Part shown: positions 12,297 through 26,589 of the stretch, in pieces
Layout: each line of letters opens with the position of its first letter
How positions within the stretch are numbered: the first letter of the stretch is position 1
DNA from: Octopus vulgaris
Lineage: Eukaryota
DNA length: 64,000 bases
Direction of reading: 5' to 3'
Assembly (NCBI GenBank): GCA_951406725.2
Contig: OX597819.1
Location: 7,626,001 to 7,690,000, forward strand
Made by a program: the position numbers and the translations under genes
The notes under the pieces: model-generated
Told to the model about the DNA's origin: nothing
The model's input: only the letters and a program-made list of their open reading frames with translations
The model's database searches: none

Positions 12297-12655
12297 ATCA
12301 TCATCATCATCATCATTATCATCATCGTTTAACGTCCGCTTTCCATGCTATTTTGGGTTGGACGGTTCAACTGGGGTCTGGGAAGCCAGAAGGCTGCACC
12401 AGGCCCAGTCTGACCTGGCAGTGTTTCTACAGCTGGATGCCCTTCCTAACGCCAACCACTCCGTGAGTGTAGTGGGTGCTTTTTATGTGCCACCGACACT
12501 GGTGCCAGACGAGGCTGGCGAATGGCCACACTCGGATGGTGTTTTTTACATGCCACCGGTACGGAGGCGAGGCGAGGCTGGCACGGCCATGATCGGATGG
12601 TGTTTGTTATGTGCCAAATTCCATTGATGTTCATCGATTTTGATTTGATTTGATT
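12297..12655 (-). mobile_element. SINE-like repeat with V-domain-like segment and (GAT)n tail
   Basis: Minus strand reads GGTTGGCGTTAGGAAGGGCATCCAGCTGTAGAAA, then GGACGTTAAACGATGATGAT. Related fragment on + at ~2070-2260. Confidence 0.55.
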
Positions 12656-12938
12656 TGGTGTCACTGTTTATTTTTAGAATGACATTGTAAGGTAGGTATG
12701 AGAGGCTTGATCTGGCTGGGTTGAACATAAAACACTTGAATCAAATATGGCTGGTTTAAATGGGTCAGGCATTAAAATGCAAATATTACACCTGGTGACA
12801 TCCTTCACAGCCTCTCAATGATCCCACTTTAGCTAAGATTAAACACAAACCTTTTATGTAGGAGTTCATTGTTTTTCAGCATTGTGTTGGATCTATTAAA
12901 CAAACTTTTATATTGTTTTTCTTCTTTGTTTGTTTTAG

Positions 12939-13081
12939 CTTTGATGAGCAGCTTCAAACAGCGCAACGAAACGGTAACTCTTCTTTCTGAAGATATTAGT
13001 GAATTGAATAGGAAGATGGAAAAATACTTGGAGGAAATCAAAATTCGTGCTGAACATTATGTTACTTGTCAGCCTCAATAG
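12939..13081 (+). CDS. Laminin subunit beta, terminal coding exon
   Basis: Polypyrimidine tract plus ttttag acceptor; completes the phase-1 codon. Reads SLMSSFKQRNETVTLLSEDISELNRKMEKYLEEIKIRAEHYVTCQPQ*, ending in the Y-x-T-C motif typical of laminin beta C-termini. Confidence 0.9.
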
Positions 13082-14381
13082 AAGCAAGGATGCAATATAG
13101 AAATAATCCTGACTTGTTTCCCCTCAGCCCATCTCTCTCTCTCTCTTTTTTTGTCTTTCTTTTTCCTAAACAAAAGAAAAAAGAACAAACCACCATCGTG
13201 TCATTTCCAGTCCATCAACCACACTGCCAGTATGTTACTTTTTGACCATGAATAACTAACTGACTGAATCTGTCTACATCTAAAATACTAATGGTGGTCC
13301 AATAGCCTGTGTGGGAGGGAAAGCAGACCCTAACCAACAAACCAACAAAATCAAAAAATGTTATATTTGTTGCCTTTTGGGCCTCTTGGTTTCAGAAGCA
13401 ACTTTGAGAAATAGATTTATAGCATTCTTAAATGTCCATTTCATTACAATTTTTTTTTTCTCATGACAATATTTTTTATATTTTTACGTTTTGTAATTTT
13501 TTTCTTAGTAAGTGTGGGGTGGGTGGGTATTTTATCTCTCTTTTTTTTTAATTTTATATATATATATATATATTTTTTTTTTTTAAACTCAAACTCTTTA
13601 AATACTTTTATATTCAAAGGCGGACCATACATGAAATATATTCGTGAACAAATCAAAAATAAAACTTAAATATAAAAAAAATAATAATAAATCCTAAATA
13701 AAAAGACAAGTTCTTCTTTTCATGAAATCATTTTGTCTATATTAAAACGTGGTTGCCATTTTCATTACTATATGTAATGTTAATATTTAATTGTTAAGCT
13801 AACCATCTTTATTATTTTGTCTTGTTGCATGTAATTCTACCAAGTTTCTTCTCTTTTGTATTCGTTTTTTAATGATAAAACATTAGTATTTTCTCATTAA
13901 AAGAAAATCAAATTTAACTAAGGTGAAATGCCTTTTTTAAACACTTCCGAAATTTCTTTTTTCTTTCCTTTTTTTTTTAAAGTAGTCTCTATTGAGTTTC
14001 ATTCATTATAGTACTTATAGCTTTGATATTGATCTTAGTTTGGTATTTTTTCAATTTTGATACCTTTTTTTTTCTAATTAATAAAATACATTTAGAATGC
14101 ATCTTGATACAACAAAAGGTTCACGTACATACATGCATACATAAAAATGTGTATAGCATTATGGTATATATTAATGAATATATGTACATGTGTGTATGAA
14201 TATATATGCTTGTATATTTATATACACACATATATATATACAAATATGTATTATATGCCTGTATTTTTGTATACATACACACACACATTTATATACATAT
14301 ATACACATAAATATAAGATATACATATATATATATATAGATATAGATGTGTGTATATATCTATGAGTGTATATTTGTATAC

Positions 14382-14413
<32 letters not shown>

Positions 14414-16402
14414 GTCTATGAATGTTTGTGTGTGCATATATATATGTGTGTGTGTCTATACATCTATATAAATCATACATTAAGATGTGTCTCTAATCAA
14501 GTGAAAGCTGATCCGCTTGAAGGTTCCCTTGGTTTTGAATGGCCAAAAGCTTGATTTCAAAGGAAACTTGAGAGCAGTTTCATTTTATTATTTTATAGTT
14601 TGTTTCTTATTGCCGAATGTGAAAATTAAATCAGTAGAATATGAAGATTCCAAGGAAGATTCTTTTGCTTGGATAAGAAATATTAAATGTTGTTAATTAA
14701 AATAAAAATTCAGTTCTTCCGGAGCCATTTTGTAGTTGTAAGTGTTTTTTCAAACTTTGAAAAGTTTAAAGAATCTTCAGCAAGATGGTTAAGCTAAAAA
14801 ATTCCAAGTAGCTACTTGGCAAAATATTTGCACCTTTTTTGGAAGAAGTTGCATAAATAGTAATTATTTTATCTTTGTTGATAATTGATTTTCTCTGTTT
14901 GTGGGGATATGTAGCGGTAGATTAACTTGATTTCATGGATTGTTTGCGTAATCTTTTACTCTAATCCAATTCAACAATCATATTTCTTATATAACGCATG
15001 CTTTGACCAGGATTGATCTTAGAACTTTTACTTCTAATGTAAGTCTTGTGGGATTGTTATATACTGAGCAGGTGATAGCATTAATATGAGAAATAAAAGC
15101 TGAGTGTTTAATCCTATTCAAAGTATAAAAATGTGTATATGAAGAAATATGACATTTTAAGATTATTGGAGAATAGATCAGCAGAAATGTAACAGCACAA
15201 TAGATGAGGCTTAATAATCTAGGAAAAAAAAAAAAAACTACTACTACTACTACCATTGTAAAAATCTCATTGGGGAAAAATAAGTAGATCATTACGTTTT
15301 GCAATATTTTTTGACATCATTATGTTTGATCTAAAGTCAAAGTCATTTTTGTGAAGCAATTATTATGTTTAGCTATTTTAGATTTCATGAAGCTTTTCAT
15401 ACTTGAAGACACTTAGATATTGTGTGAAGAGCTTTGAAATATAGATATTTCTGACCGAATCAGCCAAAATGACATCAAATTTTTAAAATTACTCTCTGTT
15501 GGGATCTCTGAATCTCTCGGTTGCTAAGAACCAATTTATCAGCCTGAAGATTTTAATATAGATATTTTCTATAAAAGCATACACATGCCTGGAATTGCTA
15601 ATGGTAATAATGGCATGGCTACAAAGAAGGAAAAAAAATTTCTCAATGCTTTGAATCCTTTAAGCTGCTTTCTATGTACTTCTCTTGTCCATGACATTAA
15701 AATCGTAAATTATCGTGTGAAAATGAATTTGCTAAACGATACACATAAAGAAAAAAACTAACAAAAACACAGAAGTTTTGGTCGCTTTTGTCAAACAATT
15801 TTCTGTCAAATTTATGGCAATATATAGCAATATTGATTTGATTTCTAGAATACTTGCTATTACAACCATAGATGTTAAGAGGGAATTCCGTTTCTGTTGA
15901 ATAAAAAAAAAGGGAAAATTTTTAGCTTTTATTGTTGAAATTTGTTTCGACAAAAACAAACCAATAAAAATTAATGATTTACAAATACTATTAATTCTAA
16001 TATGTAATTTTAAACTTAATAAACTAATGAGAAAATTTGTGGTTTTTGAGTTTAATATGTATGTGCATGATGGCAGAATCGGTAAAACACTAGACAAAAT
16101 ACTCTGCAGTATCATATTTGTGTACTTTTACATTCTGAGTTCAAATCCCTTGGGGTCGACTTTGTTGTTCTTTCTGGTGGAGTTGACGTAATAAACATCA
16201 GTTGTATACTAATTGATTCAATGCTTGGTTTTGACCAAAGATAGAAATCAGTATACAAATCTAAGAGATTTTATTTTTGTTGCCGCAATTATCATTGTAT
16301 AAAAAAAACCCCAAAAACATTTCATTCATCATTAGGGTTTTTTTTTGTTTTTGAATTCATTTTTCGTTTATTGACACATTTATAGGTTTAAAGTGAAATA
16401 AA
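13082..16402 (+). other. Probable long AT-rich 3' UTR of the laminin beta gene
   Basis: Follows the stop codon. About 3 kb without young SINEs, with several AATAAA hexamers (~13685, ~14080, ~16397). The true end is unknown. Confidence 0.45.
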
Positions 16403-16983
16403 CACTGGAGTCCGAGGAAACTTGGTGGTGGTGGTCGTGTGTCATCAAAAACTATTTACAATTTATAAATTTGGATAAACTCAAAGTTTCAGACATGGCT
16501 ATGTGGTTAAGAGCCTACTTTAGCCCTGGGCCAACCAGTGTCTTAGTGTATTTGACTGGCGGAAACTGTGTGATATTCTATTGTGTGTATGTGAGAGAGA
16601 GAGAGAGAGAAAGAGTTCTCCCACACTGCTTGACAACCGGTGTTATTTTATTTATGTCCCCGTAACACAGCGGTTCGGCAAAAGAAACAGAGAATAAGTG
16701 TCAAACTTAATCCTATTTAAGCTCTTGAAGGCATCCAGTATGACCGCAGTCCAATGACTGAAACAAATGTTTTTCTTTTTTTAAAGGTAGGGGTGAGGAC
16801 AAAAAAAAAAAATTTCCTTACGGCATGTGGACTTCACCAGAAGTACCAAGCGGTCATTTTTGACTCCTTTCAATTTTCATTTCGCGATTACACAAACATT
16901 TACTTGTTGGGCTTCTATGAATTTCAATGTTATTGCCTATGATGAATTCCATTATTCGATATTTTATGCAGTTATATATATAA

Positions 16984-17374
16984 CTAGCAATATCGCCTGG
17001 CGTTGCTCGGGTTTGTAAGGGAAATAACTATATAGGCATTTTTAGAGATGTAAAGTATAGTAGCCATCTCAATATGGCTAACCACAAAGGGTTACTGTAG
17101 CTTTTTACGTTCTGAGATTTAATAATAAATTTTTAGAGAGTTACTTCCCTTATATATGCCAAAAATGCATTAAAAATGGGAAAAATTTGATGTTAAATTT
17201 TTTTAAAAGTCGTAGACTCATCGTAGACACGCGCTAATACCCAGAAGGGCTTGATATGAATCACGACTATAAGATACCCGGTTTTGGTTAAGCTGCACCG
17301 CCAAATGTGGGAGTAGTTAGGAATCTAAATCGTAGGAGACAGACAGCACACAACCTCACTTTTATATATTAAGA
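16984..17374 (-). mobile_element. Non-autonomous Helitron
   Basis: Same TC...CTAG termini and hairpin as 5359-5744. Confidence 0.85.
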
Positions 17375-17839
17375 TTTGCGAACTTAGGGAGATAGTAAAA
17401 CCATTTTGTACTTCTATTATTGAAGGAAATGAAAGACTGGGGAAAACTATTTGTGGAGCAGTAGAAATTCTTATTGACAGACTGAGATTAACCCTGTGTA
17501 ATAACAACCAATTCAGAGTATAATTTGTATCAATTAATCGATCCTGCATATTTCTAACGTTGATAAAAGCAAGCGCCGTAGCAGTGATTAATAATTTCCC
17601 AATTAGCATAATTCGTGATCCATACGCTATTCTCAGTTGCATTTATTTTAGTCATACTTTCGGAAAGTGCATGAAGACTACAGCATCTAATTCCATGTTT
17701 GTTCCCGAGCCTAAATAGTATCTTTGCATGCTACAAACAACAGCTAAATCCCCTTGAAATCTCTTCCTATTCTTTTTAAAAAGACAGTAGGCAGAGATTT
17801 TATAAAGTATTCTTGAAGTAACAAATGAGATAGTCATAT

Positions 17840-18238
17840 GGCGCAGGAGTGGCTGTGTGGTAAGTAGCTTGCTAACCAACCACATGGTTCCGGGTTCAGT
17901 CCCACTGCGTGGCATCTTGGGCAAGTGTCTTCTACTATAGCCTCGGGCCGACCAAAGCCTTGTGAGTGGATTTGGTAGACGGAAACTGAAAGAAGCCCGT
18001 CGTATATATGTATATTTATGTGTGTGTGTGTGTGCGTGTATGTTTGTGTGTCTGTGTTTGTCCCCCTAGCATTGCTTGACAACCGATGCTGGTGTGTTTA
18101 TGTCCCCGTTACTTAGCGGGTCGGCAAAAGAGACCGATAGAATAAGTACTGGGCTTACAAAAGAATAAAAAGAGTTACTCGATTAAAGGCGGTGCTCCAG
18201 CATAGCCGCAGTCAAATGACTGAAACAAGTGAAAGAGT
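17840..18238 (+). mobile_element. SINE family 1 copy
   Basis: Match to 1517-1925. Confidence 0.9.
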
Positions 18239-18599
18239 ATATCGCGAAAGCTTTTCATAATAAATCTTCTCAGAGGTGGCGAGCTGACACAGTGTCGTTA
18301 TCACGTCTGACAAAATGCTAAGCAACGTTTTTTCTAGCTTAACATTCTGAGTTCAAATTCCGTATAGGTCTCAACTTCGCTTTCTATCCTTTCGGAATCG
18401 TTAAAATAAATACCAGTTGAGCAGGGTCAATATAACCAACTAGTCCCTCCACTAAAATTTCTGGTCATATGCCTTTGGCAGAACCCCACTCCCCACAAAA
18501 AACAAGTCAGTAAAAGGTACTATATAAATTATTTCTGCCATATTCATTTCTAACGGGTTATTTTCACTTTGAGCTTGCTTTGATCCCTCCATATTTTTT

Positions 18600-18959
18600 G
18601 GAAGCACTCCGTCGGTTACGACGACGAGGGTTCCGGTTGATCTGAATCAACGGAACAGCCTGCTCGTGAAATTAACGTGTAAGTGGCTGAGCACTCCACA
18701 GACACGTGCACCCTTAACGTAGTTCTCGGGGATATTCAGAGTGACAAGGCCGGCCCCTTGAAATACAGGTACAACAGAAACAGGAAGTAAGAGTGAGAGA
18801 AAGTTGTGGTGAAAGAGTACAGCAGGGATCACCACCATCCCCTGCCGGAGCTTTAGATTTTTTCTCTCAATAAACACTCACAACGTCCGGTCTGGGAATC
18901 GAAACCGCGATCCTACGACCGCGAGTCCGCTGCCCTAACCACTGGGCCATTGCGCCTCC
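18600..18959 (-). mobile_element. SINE family 3 (tRNA-like head)
   Basis: Minus-strand head GGAGGCGCAATGGCCCAGTGGTTAGGGCAGCGGACTCGCGGTCGTAGGATCGCGGTTTCGATTCCC. TSD gatccctccata at 18582 and 18960. Confidence 0.88.
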
Positions 18960-19464
18960 GATCCCTCCATAACCAACATCCTCTGCAGAAAACGTTTCCT
19001 TGATTAAAAAAAAAAAAAATCTTCGTTACAACACTACGTCACGTGTTAATTTTGACTTGGTTAAATATAGACTCTTTCAAGTTATAATTTATGGAGAATT
19101 CGTTTAAAAATCACGGCAATTCCCGTACATTGTGGTTCTAAAATGTGTGAATCAAAGGAAATTCACTGGGCTGGTAGACATGGTCGTAAAGAAATATTCG
19201 TCTTAAAAAAGATCAGTAAATCGAAATGGTAAGAAACGATTATGATTTCGAAATATTGGGTAATAACGAAGAAGCACCGATTCTATTCTACGAGATTTCG
19301 TTTTATTAAAATGATGAATCCAATGAAGGATGATCTGACTTTATTGTTGTGAATAGTGAATAAATGTTAACCAAAGTTCGGATCTAAAGTGAGAGTTTAA
19401 AAAAATCTTACGAATTTATGATCTTGTGCCTAATAAAGAGATGCATACTCGACCTTACTACATA

Positions 19465-19867
19465 CTCTCTTTCTCTTTTACTCTTTTACTTGTTTCAGTC
19501 ATTTGACTGCGGCCATGCTGGAGCACCGCCTTTAGTCGAGCAAATCGACCCCGGGACTTATTCTTTGTAAGCCCAGTACGTATTCTATCGGTCTCTTTTG
19601 CCGAACCGCTAAGTGACGGGGACGTAAACACACCAGCATCAGCTGTCAAGCAATGCTAGGGGGACAAACACAGACACAAACACACACACACATACATATA
19701 TATACGACAGGCTTCTTTCAGTTTCCGTCTACCAAATCCACTCACAAGGCATTGGTCGGCCCGGGGCTATAGCAGAAGACACTTGCCCAAGATGCCACGC
19801 AGTGGGACTGAACCTGGACCCATGTGGCTGGTTAGTAAGCTACTTACCACACAGCCACTCCTGCGCC
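19465..19867 (-). mobile_element. SINE family 1 copy
   Basis: Match to 1517-1925. Confidence 0.9.
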
Positions 19868-20099
19868 TACCTGGCTCTTATAATAAATGGCACAGAGAAC
19901 TGAAGAAGCATAAATATGTACAGTGGCATTTTTCTGGATTATTTGTAAATATTGTGTGTGAGTACTTTCTAACTTGGTAAGACACTTTTATAGGTGTTTC
20001 CAGAGCCTACTGTCACAGTGTTTACACATGTATTTAGAAAACCTTCTAACCGTTTCCATTTCTTTACGTTTCTTTTTTTCTGGCAGTATATATATTAAA

Positions 20100-20497
20100 C
20101 TAGCAGTATCGCCCGGCGTTGCTCGGGTTTGTAAGGGAAATAACTATATAAGCATTTTTAGAGAGTTATAGCCAAAATATAGCAAAAAAAATGCATTAAA
20201 AATGGAAAAAAATGATGGTAATTTTTTTTAAAAATCGTTGACTCATCGTAGACATTTTTAGAGAGTTACTTCCCTTATATGATAGCGAAAAAATGCATTA
20301 GAATGGAAAAAAATGATGGTAAATTTTTTTTTAAATCGTAGACTCATCGTAGATGCGCACTAATACCCAGAAGGGCTCGATATGAATCACGACTATAAGA
20401 TACCCGGTTTTGGTTAAACTGCACCGCAAAATGTGGGAGTAGTTAGGAATCTAAATCGTAGGAGACAGACACACAACTTGACTTTTATATATAAAGA
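20100..20497 (-). mobile_element. Non-autonomous Helitron (variant with internal duplication)
   Basis: TC...CTAG termini; the catttttagagagtt...gactcatcgtaga block is internally duplicated. Confidence 0.85.
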
Positions 20498-20519
20498 TAT
20501 TTCTAAAAACCATAGAAGG

Positions 20520-20900
20520 TATTGTAAAGCAAGCAAATCGACATCCAAATATGCTTAGAACAATCACACGTACCTCTTTTGGCCAATAGAGGGGAGGGGG
20601 AAACAACCGCAAACACTTATAGACATTACATCATGGACTATGCTAGTCCTAACCGGATTTCTAATTTCTCAACAAACCACAATAATCTACAAAGAATGCA
20701 AAGCAACGACAATACAGGTTCAACAGACCATATCCATAGATCACCTACACGATGAAACGTAAAAATACTAAAAATGAGAGGTCTCGGTTTATTGTCGCAC
20801 CACGCGTTAGTTCTCACAGTCCTTGCCACTATGTGAAAATCCGACTCTAAGCGCTCAGACGCCCACAACAACATCCTAAAGACATGACTCCCATTCAGGC
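20520..20900 (+). mobile_element. Degraded non-LTR retrotransposon, post-RT region
   Basis: Frameshifted pieces read DYASP...LQRMQ...TGST..SIDHLHDET, resembling I/Jockey-group ORF2 C-terminal motifs. Confidence 0.4.
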
Positions 20901-21459
20901 CGAACACATGTATACAGAAATAGTTTCAACATCTACAACCTTGCTGGTCCTGAAAAGTGTTCTGGTATGCACACTATCAAGTGCAGAAGAACTGTAACTT
21001 GGGCTCTAACCGACTCTGCTTGGTGAGCATCAGAAAATCATGGGTGTTCAGAAATAGCTGAACAGTGGGACGAGTGTAATAGTCTCATATTGCTACACTG
21101 CATCCCATGTGATTTATCATTACATGTCAGAGTGTGGTGTAAAGTCCTTAACTGGACGAAGAAAATGGATTTGTGGGTTTTGCCTCGTCGTTCGGCCACC
21201 TAACCTGTTTGGTCAGATCTGATCTGGGGCACCGGAACAAAAACAAAAATGTGACTGATACCCTTGAAAGAGGTATCCCAGGGTAACCGTAGTTTAAAGA
21301 CTGAAACGAATAAAAAATTGGGTGAGATCGCAATGAAACTGAACTCTAGTCCCAAATGTTTCCAAGATTTCAGACGTTTGGATGAGACTGACGTGGAAAG
21401 ACATTGGCTACGACGCTGCCCACTCAGTTAATCCTAAAAACTAGCGGGAGAGAGTATAT

Positions 21460-21692
21460 CTATTTCTTTACTACCCACAAGGGGCTAAACACAGAGAGGA
21501 CAAACAAGGACAGACAGACGGATTAAGTCGATTATATCGACCCCAGTGCGTAACTGGTACTTATTTAATCGACCCCGGAAGAATGAAAGGCAAAGTCGAC
21601 CTTGGCGGAATTTGAACTCAGGACGTAGCGGCAGACGAAATACCGCTAAGCATTTCGCCCCGCGTGCTAACGATTCTGCCAGCTCACCGCCT
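21460..21692 (-). mobile_element. SINE family 2 (Meta/MESC-like central segment)
   Basis: Family consensus head GGCGGCGAGCTGGCAGAA...GAGTTCAAATTCC, then GCCTTTCATCCTTTCGGGGTCGATAAATTAAGTACCAG. Many diverged partial copies elsewhere in the window. Confidence 0.85.
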
Positions 21693-22867
21693 ATATCACT
21701 AGATCGTTAGCTATTAAAGGTACATATCAACGTGGGATCAGAATTATTGACCGTAGAAAAAGAGGAAGGGGAAGGAAATTTGTGTTTAAACGATGTTTAT
21801 TATACTAGCTACGATTAGGAATCGAATCTGGTTTGCAAAGTAGTTCCTGGGAGCTTGTCACCTATGCTACGGTGTTGCAGCTAAATGGCCCGAACCAGCC
21901 GAAGTTGAATACCTCAGCTATGGATACAGTGTAAGATAAGATGCAAATCATAGTCCCTTGGGTTGGTTGTACGACCACCATCAACTCGACCAGCTGTGGA
22001 CTAAATGCAAACATGATATACATACTGATAACCGCTTTTATTCAAAATAGTAAACTGGTAATCTTCTGTTTTAAATATTTCTTTTGATCTTTAATGCTGC
22101 TTTCTGCAATACAGCTATATTCATCTCTTCCTGTCATATATTTAGCAGTCAGGAGATTTCTATCTTGATCGTTTATTAGGTGCCATTGCTATAATTGGAT
22201 ACTTCTGTGTTTTGTAAAGTTACATAATAGATGAAAGGCAAGAACTAATCCTGAACTGGCAATGTTTTCAGCTGGGAGATTACTGCTCTTTTCAAATCGA
22301 GCGAACTTTTTCTCGATGACGTCACCTTCATATGACACTGCATGAATAGTTGGTGTTCACTTGTACACACACAGGCTTGTCTATTATAGTTTAACAAGGC
22401 TGTCTTTCTTTCCAGAGATTCTGATATAATGATTGGTTCAAAAATACCTACACTTCTCATCATTACCATTGTCACCCTCACATCTAATACCATTGTAGAC
22501 GATGGTTTGTCAGTTTTATATTGTACAATGTGTACAATATAATAATGAATATTTACCATGAAAATGAAGATTCCGCTGTCAGTCATTGCTGGTTAAACCC
22601 TCTAAGTTAAAACTGGCATCCTTTGAGATATCCGTATAGATTTTTGCTTTACTCCATCTAAAGACAGGTGTCAGTTCCAAAAAGATAATGAGAACGTATT
22701 TTCTTTTTTTGTCAAATACGGAACCGACACTGGCTCGAAAACTGTATGCAGTCAGATTTCGGCGATATTTTTGTTAGAAAATGAAACAAAAATAACTGTA
22801 AATAAGTTGTCCCTGCTGAGATTAATGTAAGAATTGTTAACAAATAACACGATCTAATCAGGCAAGG

Positions 22868-23100
22868 TTTACTCTTTTACTCTTTTACTTGTTTCAGTCA
22901 TTTGACTGCGGCCATGCTGGAGCACCGCCTTTAGTCGAGAAAATCGACCCCGGGACTTATTCTTTTGTAAGCCCAGTACTTATTCTATTGGTCTCTTTTG
23001 CCGAACCGCTGAGTGACGGGGACGTAAACACACCAGCATCAGCTGTCAAGCAATGCTAGGGGGGACAAACACAGACACACAAACACACACACATACATAC

Positions 23101-23134
<34 letters not shown>

Positions 23135-23310
23135 ATATATATATATACATATATACGACAGGCTTCTTTCAGTTTCCGTCTACCAAATCCACTCACAAGG
23201 CATTGGTCGGCCGGGGTTATAACAGAAGACACTTGCCCAAGATGCCACGCAGTGGGACTGAACCCGGAACCATGTGGTTGGTTAGCAAACTACTTACCAC
23301 ACAGCCACTC
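22868..23310 (-). mobile_element. SINE family 1 copy
   Basis: Match to 1517-1925. Confidence 0.9.
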
Positions 23311-24962
23311 TTTTTTTTTTTTTGATACGGTGATATTAGCTTGCAGTATTGAGTTGGAATGTCTCTGTGGGTAAAATGTGATGAAATATGTGCTCCGTCG
23401 GTTGCCTTGCTCTTTAAGACTGATATGCCGATCGGAAGGTGCACTAGCTTTTGTGATAAGCTTGTGTAAACGATGTATTGCACTGATTTGAAGGTTTGGA
23501 GTTACTTGATAGCCGGTGATGTACAAATGATTCGATGATTTACTGGACTGACCTGTGTCATTGTGACACTGATCAGTCAGTAACAAGTAGCAAAATGGGT
23601 TTTGATGCTATTCTACTTACCATTGCAATAGCACGTAAAATTCTAACGGTCTCTCCTGCAGTAGCATGTGGTATCGTAATGATATCATGATCTCTAAGTG
23701 TCATACGTGTGATTGTGTGTGTGTGTGTGTGTGTATATACACACACATATTTTTTCGAAGAGGGGATCTTGAAGCACATCACTTAAAGCTTTGGGATAGA
23801 AAAAGTCGAGGGCAGCCTTTGACTTTTCTATTCAAAAAAATGTATTTCGAAATCCATGGTTCCAAAAAAAAAGAAATTTAAAAACATAAAAAAAAAAACC
23901 AAACCCATTTCTTGTTCTCTTGAAAGTTTATAAAATTTTTATGACGTCAACAACAACAACAGCAACAACACACACACACGCACACACACACATGACACGT
24001 GGTATTGTAGTGATGTGAAACTGCAGCGACATGTGACAGTCTGGTCATCTGCTGCACTGACTCGTCCTGACGACATTTTGCTGCATTATCACTTTTCTTT
24101 CCCTTTTGTCTTGCAGCATTTCTCTCCGTCTTACTCTCCTTTTTAGTCATCCTCTCATCGTGGCATTCATCTGTGGTGGTTATGTAGAATAGATAAGAAT
24201 CAAATCTCGGGTACATAGAGAAAGGGTGCTACTGCATTGACAACAGACTAAATGCAATACCAATGACAGGGGTACGAACTACAACCAGTCCAGACTGATT
24301 CTGTCCCTCATTTTTTTGTTTTACATATTTCTCTCCCTATCTCTCTGTTCTCTTATGCATTTCGCCCCTTACGGACTCCCGCTTTCTTTCTTCCTTATTC
24401 ATTCCATCCCCGCTCTCTCTCTCTCCTATATTTCAATGCTCCTAAACCCTCCCTACTCTCCAGCTCACTTTCCCTCCATTTCGTCTCCTCCCTCTCTCTA
24501 TCATGACAGTCTCTTATTATTTCTTTCTGTTTCTCCCTTCCTCTTTTCTTACTGTTTGCCCAGCCTTCCTGTCTCTTCTCACCCCTTTTCTCCTCTTTCT
24601 CCTAGAGTCACTGTCCCCATCAATTGTAGAGTTTTGACCCTTATCATTCTTCGGTTTCATATGCCTCCCTCCTTCCCTCACTCATTTTAAAATTTCTTTT
24701 TTTTCCCTTTCTCTTCCTTTCCCTTTCACTACTCTTACGTGTCTTAATGTTCTCTCTTTCTCTCTTCACTCACTGTTTACCCTTTCTACACTCTTCCGCT
24801 CTCTCTCTCTCTCTCTCCAGTTCTCTTATTTCTCTTACACTTTTTCTCGTTGTCACCTCACATTTACTAAAACGTTTTCTATTTCTTTCCCCAGGATTTC
24901 CGTTTGAGCTTCTATCCCACGTATTGCTCCTTTTTTTCTCCCTCTCTTTCTCACTGTATGTG

Positions 24963-24997
<35 letters not shown>

Positions 24998-25049
24998 GTT
25001 TGATAAATATTACACTCGAAACTCATGGACCTTGAGTCAGGTATCCTTA

Positions 25050-25340
25050 TCTTTATATATAAAAGTGAGGTTGTGTGTCTGTCTGTCTCCTACGATTTAG
25101 ATTCCTAACTACTCCCACATTTTGTGGTGCAGTGTAACCAAAAACCAGGTATCTTATAGTCGTGATTCATTCTGGGTATTAGCGCGCGTCTACGATGAGT
25201 CTACGATTCAAAAAAAAATTTACCATAATTTTTTTCCATTTTAATGCATTTTTTTTGCTATTTTTTGGCTATAACTCTCTAAAAATGCTTATATAGTTAT
25301 TTCCCTTACAAACCCGAGCAACGCCGGGCGATGCTGCTAG
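25050..25340 (+). mobile_element. Non-autonomous Helitron (short variant)
   Basis: a|TCTTTATATATAAAAG ... CCCGAGCAACGCCGGGCGATGCTGCTAG|t. Confidence 0.85.
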
Positions 25341-26589
25341 TACCTAAATAATAAAGAAATACATGCATGTACGTATACATATATTAAGGTAGTGATTTAA
25401 CAAGGTCTTGAACAGAATTTCTCAATAATTGTTCCGACTCTGCGCTCCTAGTTCAAATATCACCGGGATCAACTTTGCCTTTCATTCTGTCGGGGATCAA
25501 TAAATAAAGTTCCAATCCAGAATTGTGAATTGGCGAACGCTTAAAGAGTCAGGAATGGCATCTGGCGATATCTGTTCCAGCTACTCTGGTGTTTTGACAG
25601 CAACAACGCCTGCAGTGACGACACGGGTGCCAAGCTGTAGCGGCAGAAGTCGGACACTTTGCTTCCCCTTCTCTGCCTTTCCCTACGATTTCTGTATCAT
25701 TGTAACCCATCATCTTAAACTTTTTTTCCTTCCTTTCGCACATCCCTGCCTCCCTCCCTCCCTCCCTCCAGCCATCCCTCCATCCCTCCATCCATCCATC
25801 CATTCATCCATCCATCCGCTGATCCGGTCCACCGAACAGCGTGCTCGTGAAATTAATGTGCAAGTGGCTGACCCATACGTCCCTTTAAAGTAGATTCTCA
25901 GGAAGATTCAAGGTTAGCTCATTGAACTATAATTCATTTCTGCTAGCTGAGTGAACTGGGGGCAACAGGAAATAAAGTGTCTTGCTCAAGGACACAATGC
26001 GACGCTGGGAATGGAACTCACCACCTTACGATTGTGAGCCGAATACCCTAATCACTAAGCCAGGCCCCTCCTCTAGGTGAATGCTAATATATTGGTTGCT
26101 GGTTTAACATAGTCTACTTTGGTTATCTGTTAATGTCATTCTAATGTTTTCTGACAGTGTAACCAGGCATAACTTTCATTTGCCAAATAGAAAACTTTTT
26201 AGATGGTATTCTTTTGCGATAGAACTCTGTAACTTCTCTGCGTGTGTCTCTAGCCACCAGTCAAAGAATAGTTTTCAACAAGCTCTTTTTCAATTCTCAT
26301 GATACCGTTTATCTCATATATGCTAGCTAGAATCATATATGCACTTCGACATTTGGTGGCCAATATATATTGTCGAAGGAATATGATGCAACATTAAAGA
26401 ATTGTTTGAATCGATGCTAAGTGTCTGCCTGTCTGTGGAGTGCTTAACCACTTGCACGCTAATTTCACGAGCAGGCTGTTCGGTTGATCGAATCAACCGA
26501 AACACTCGTCGTCGTAACCAACTGAAGGTCAGGTTGCTCACTTTGAAGGCTGTGCTTTGGACAATCCAGAAACAAGAAATAACAAAATA

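Noticed and set aside
23947-24216. Minus-strand 89-aa ORF with a possible acceptor
   Set aside because: No recognisable domain or donor site, and it runs into a microsatellite.
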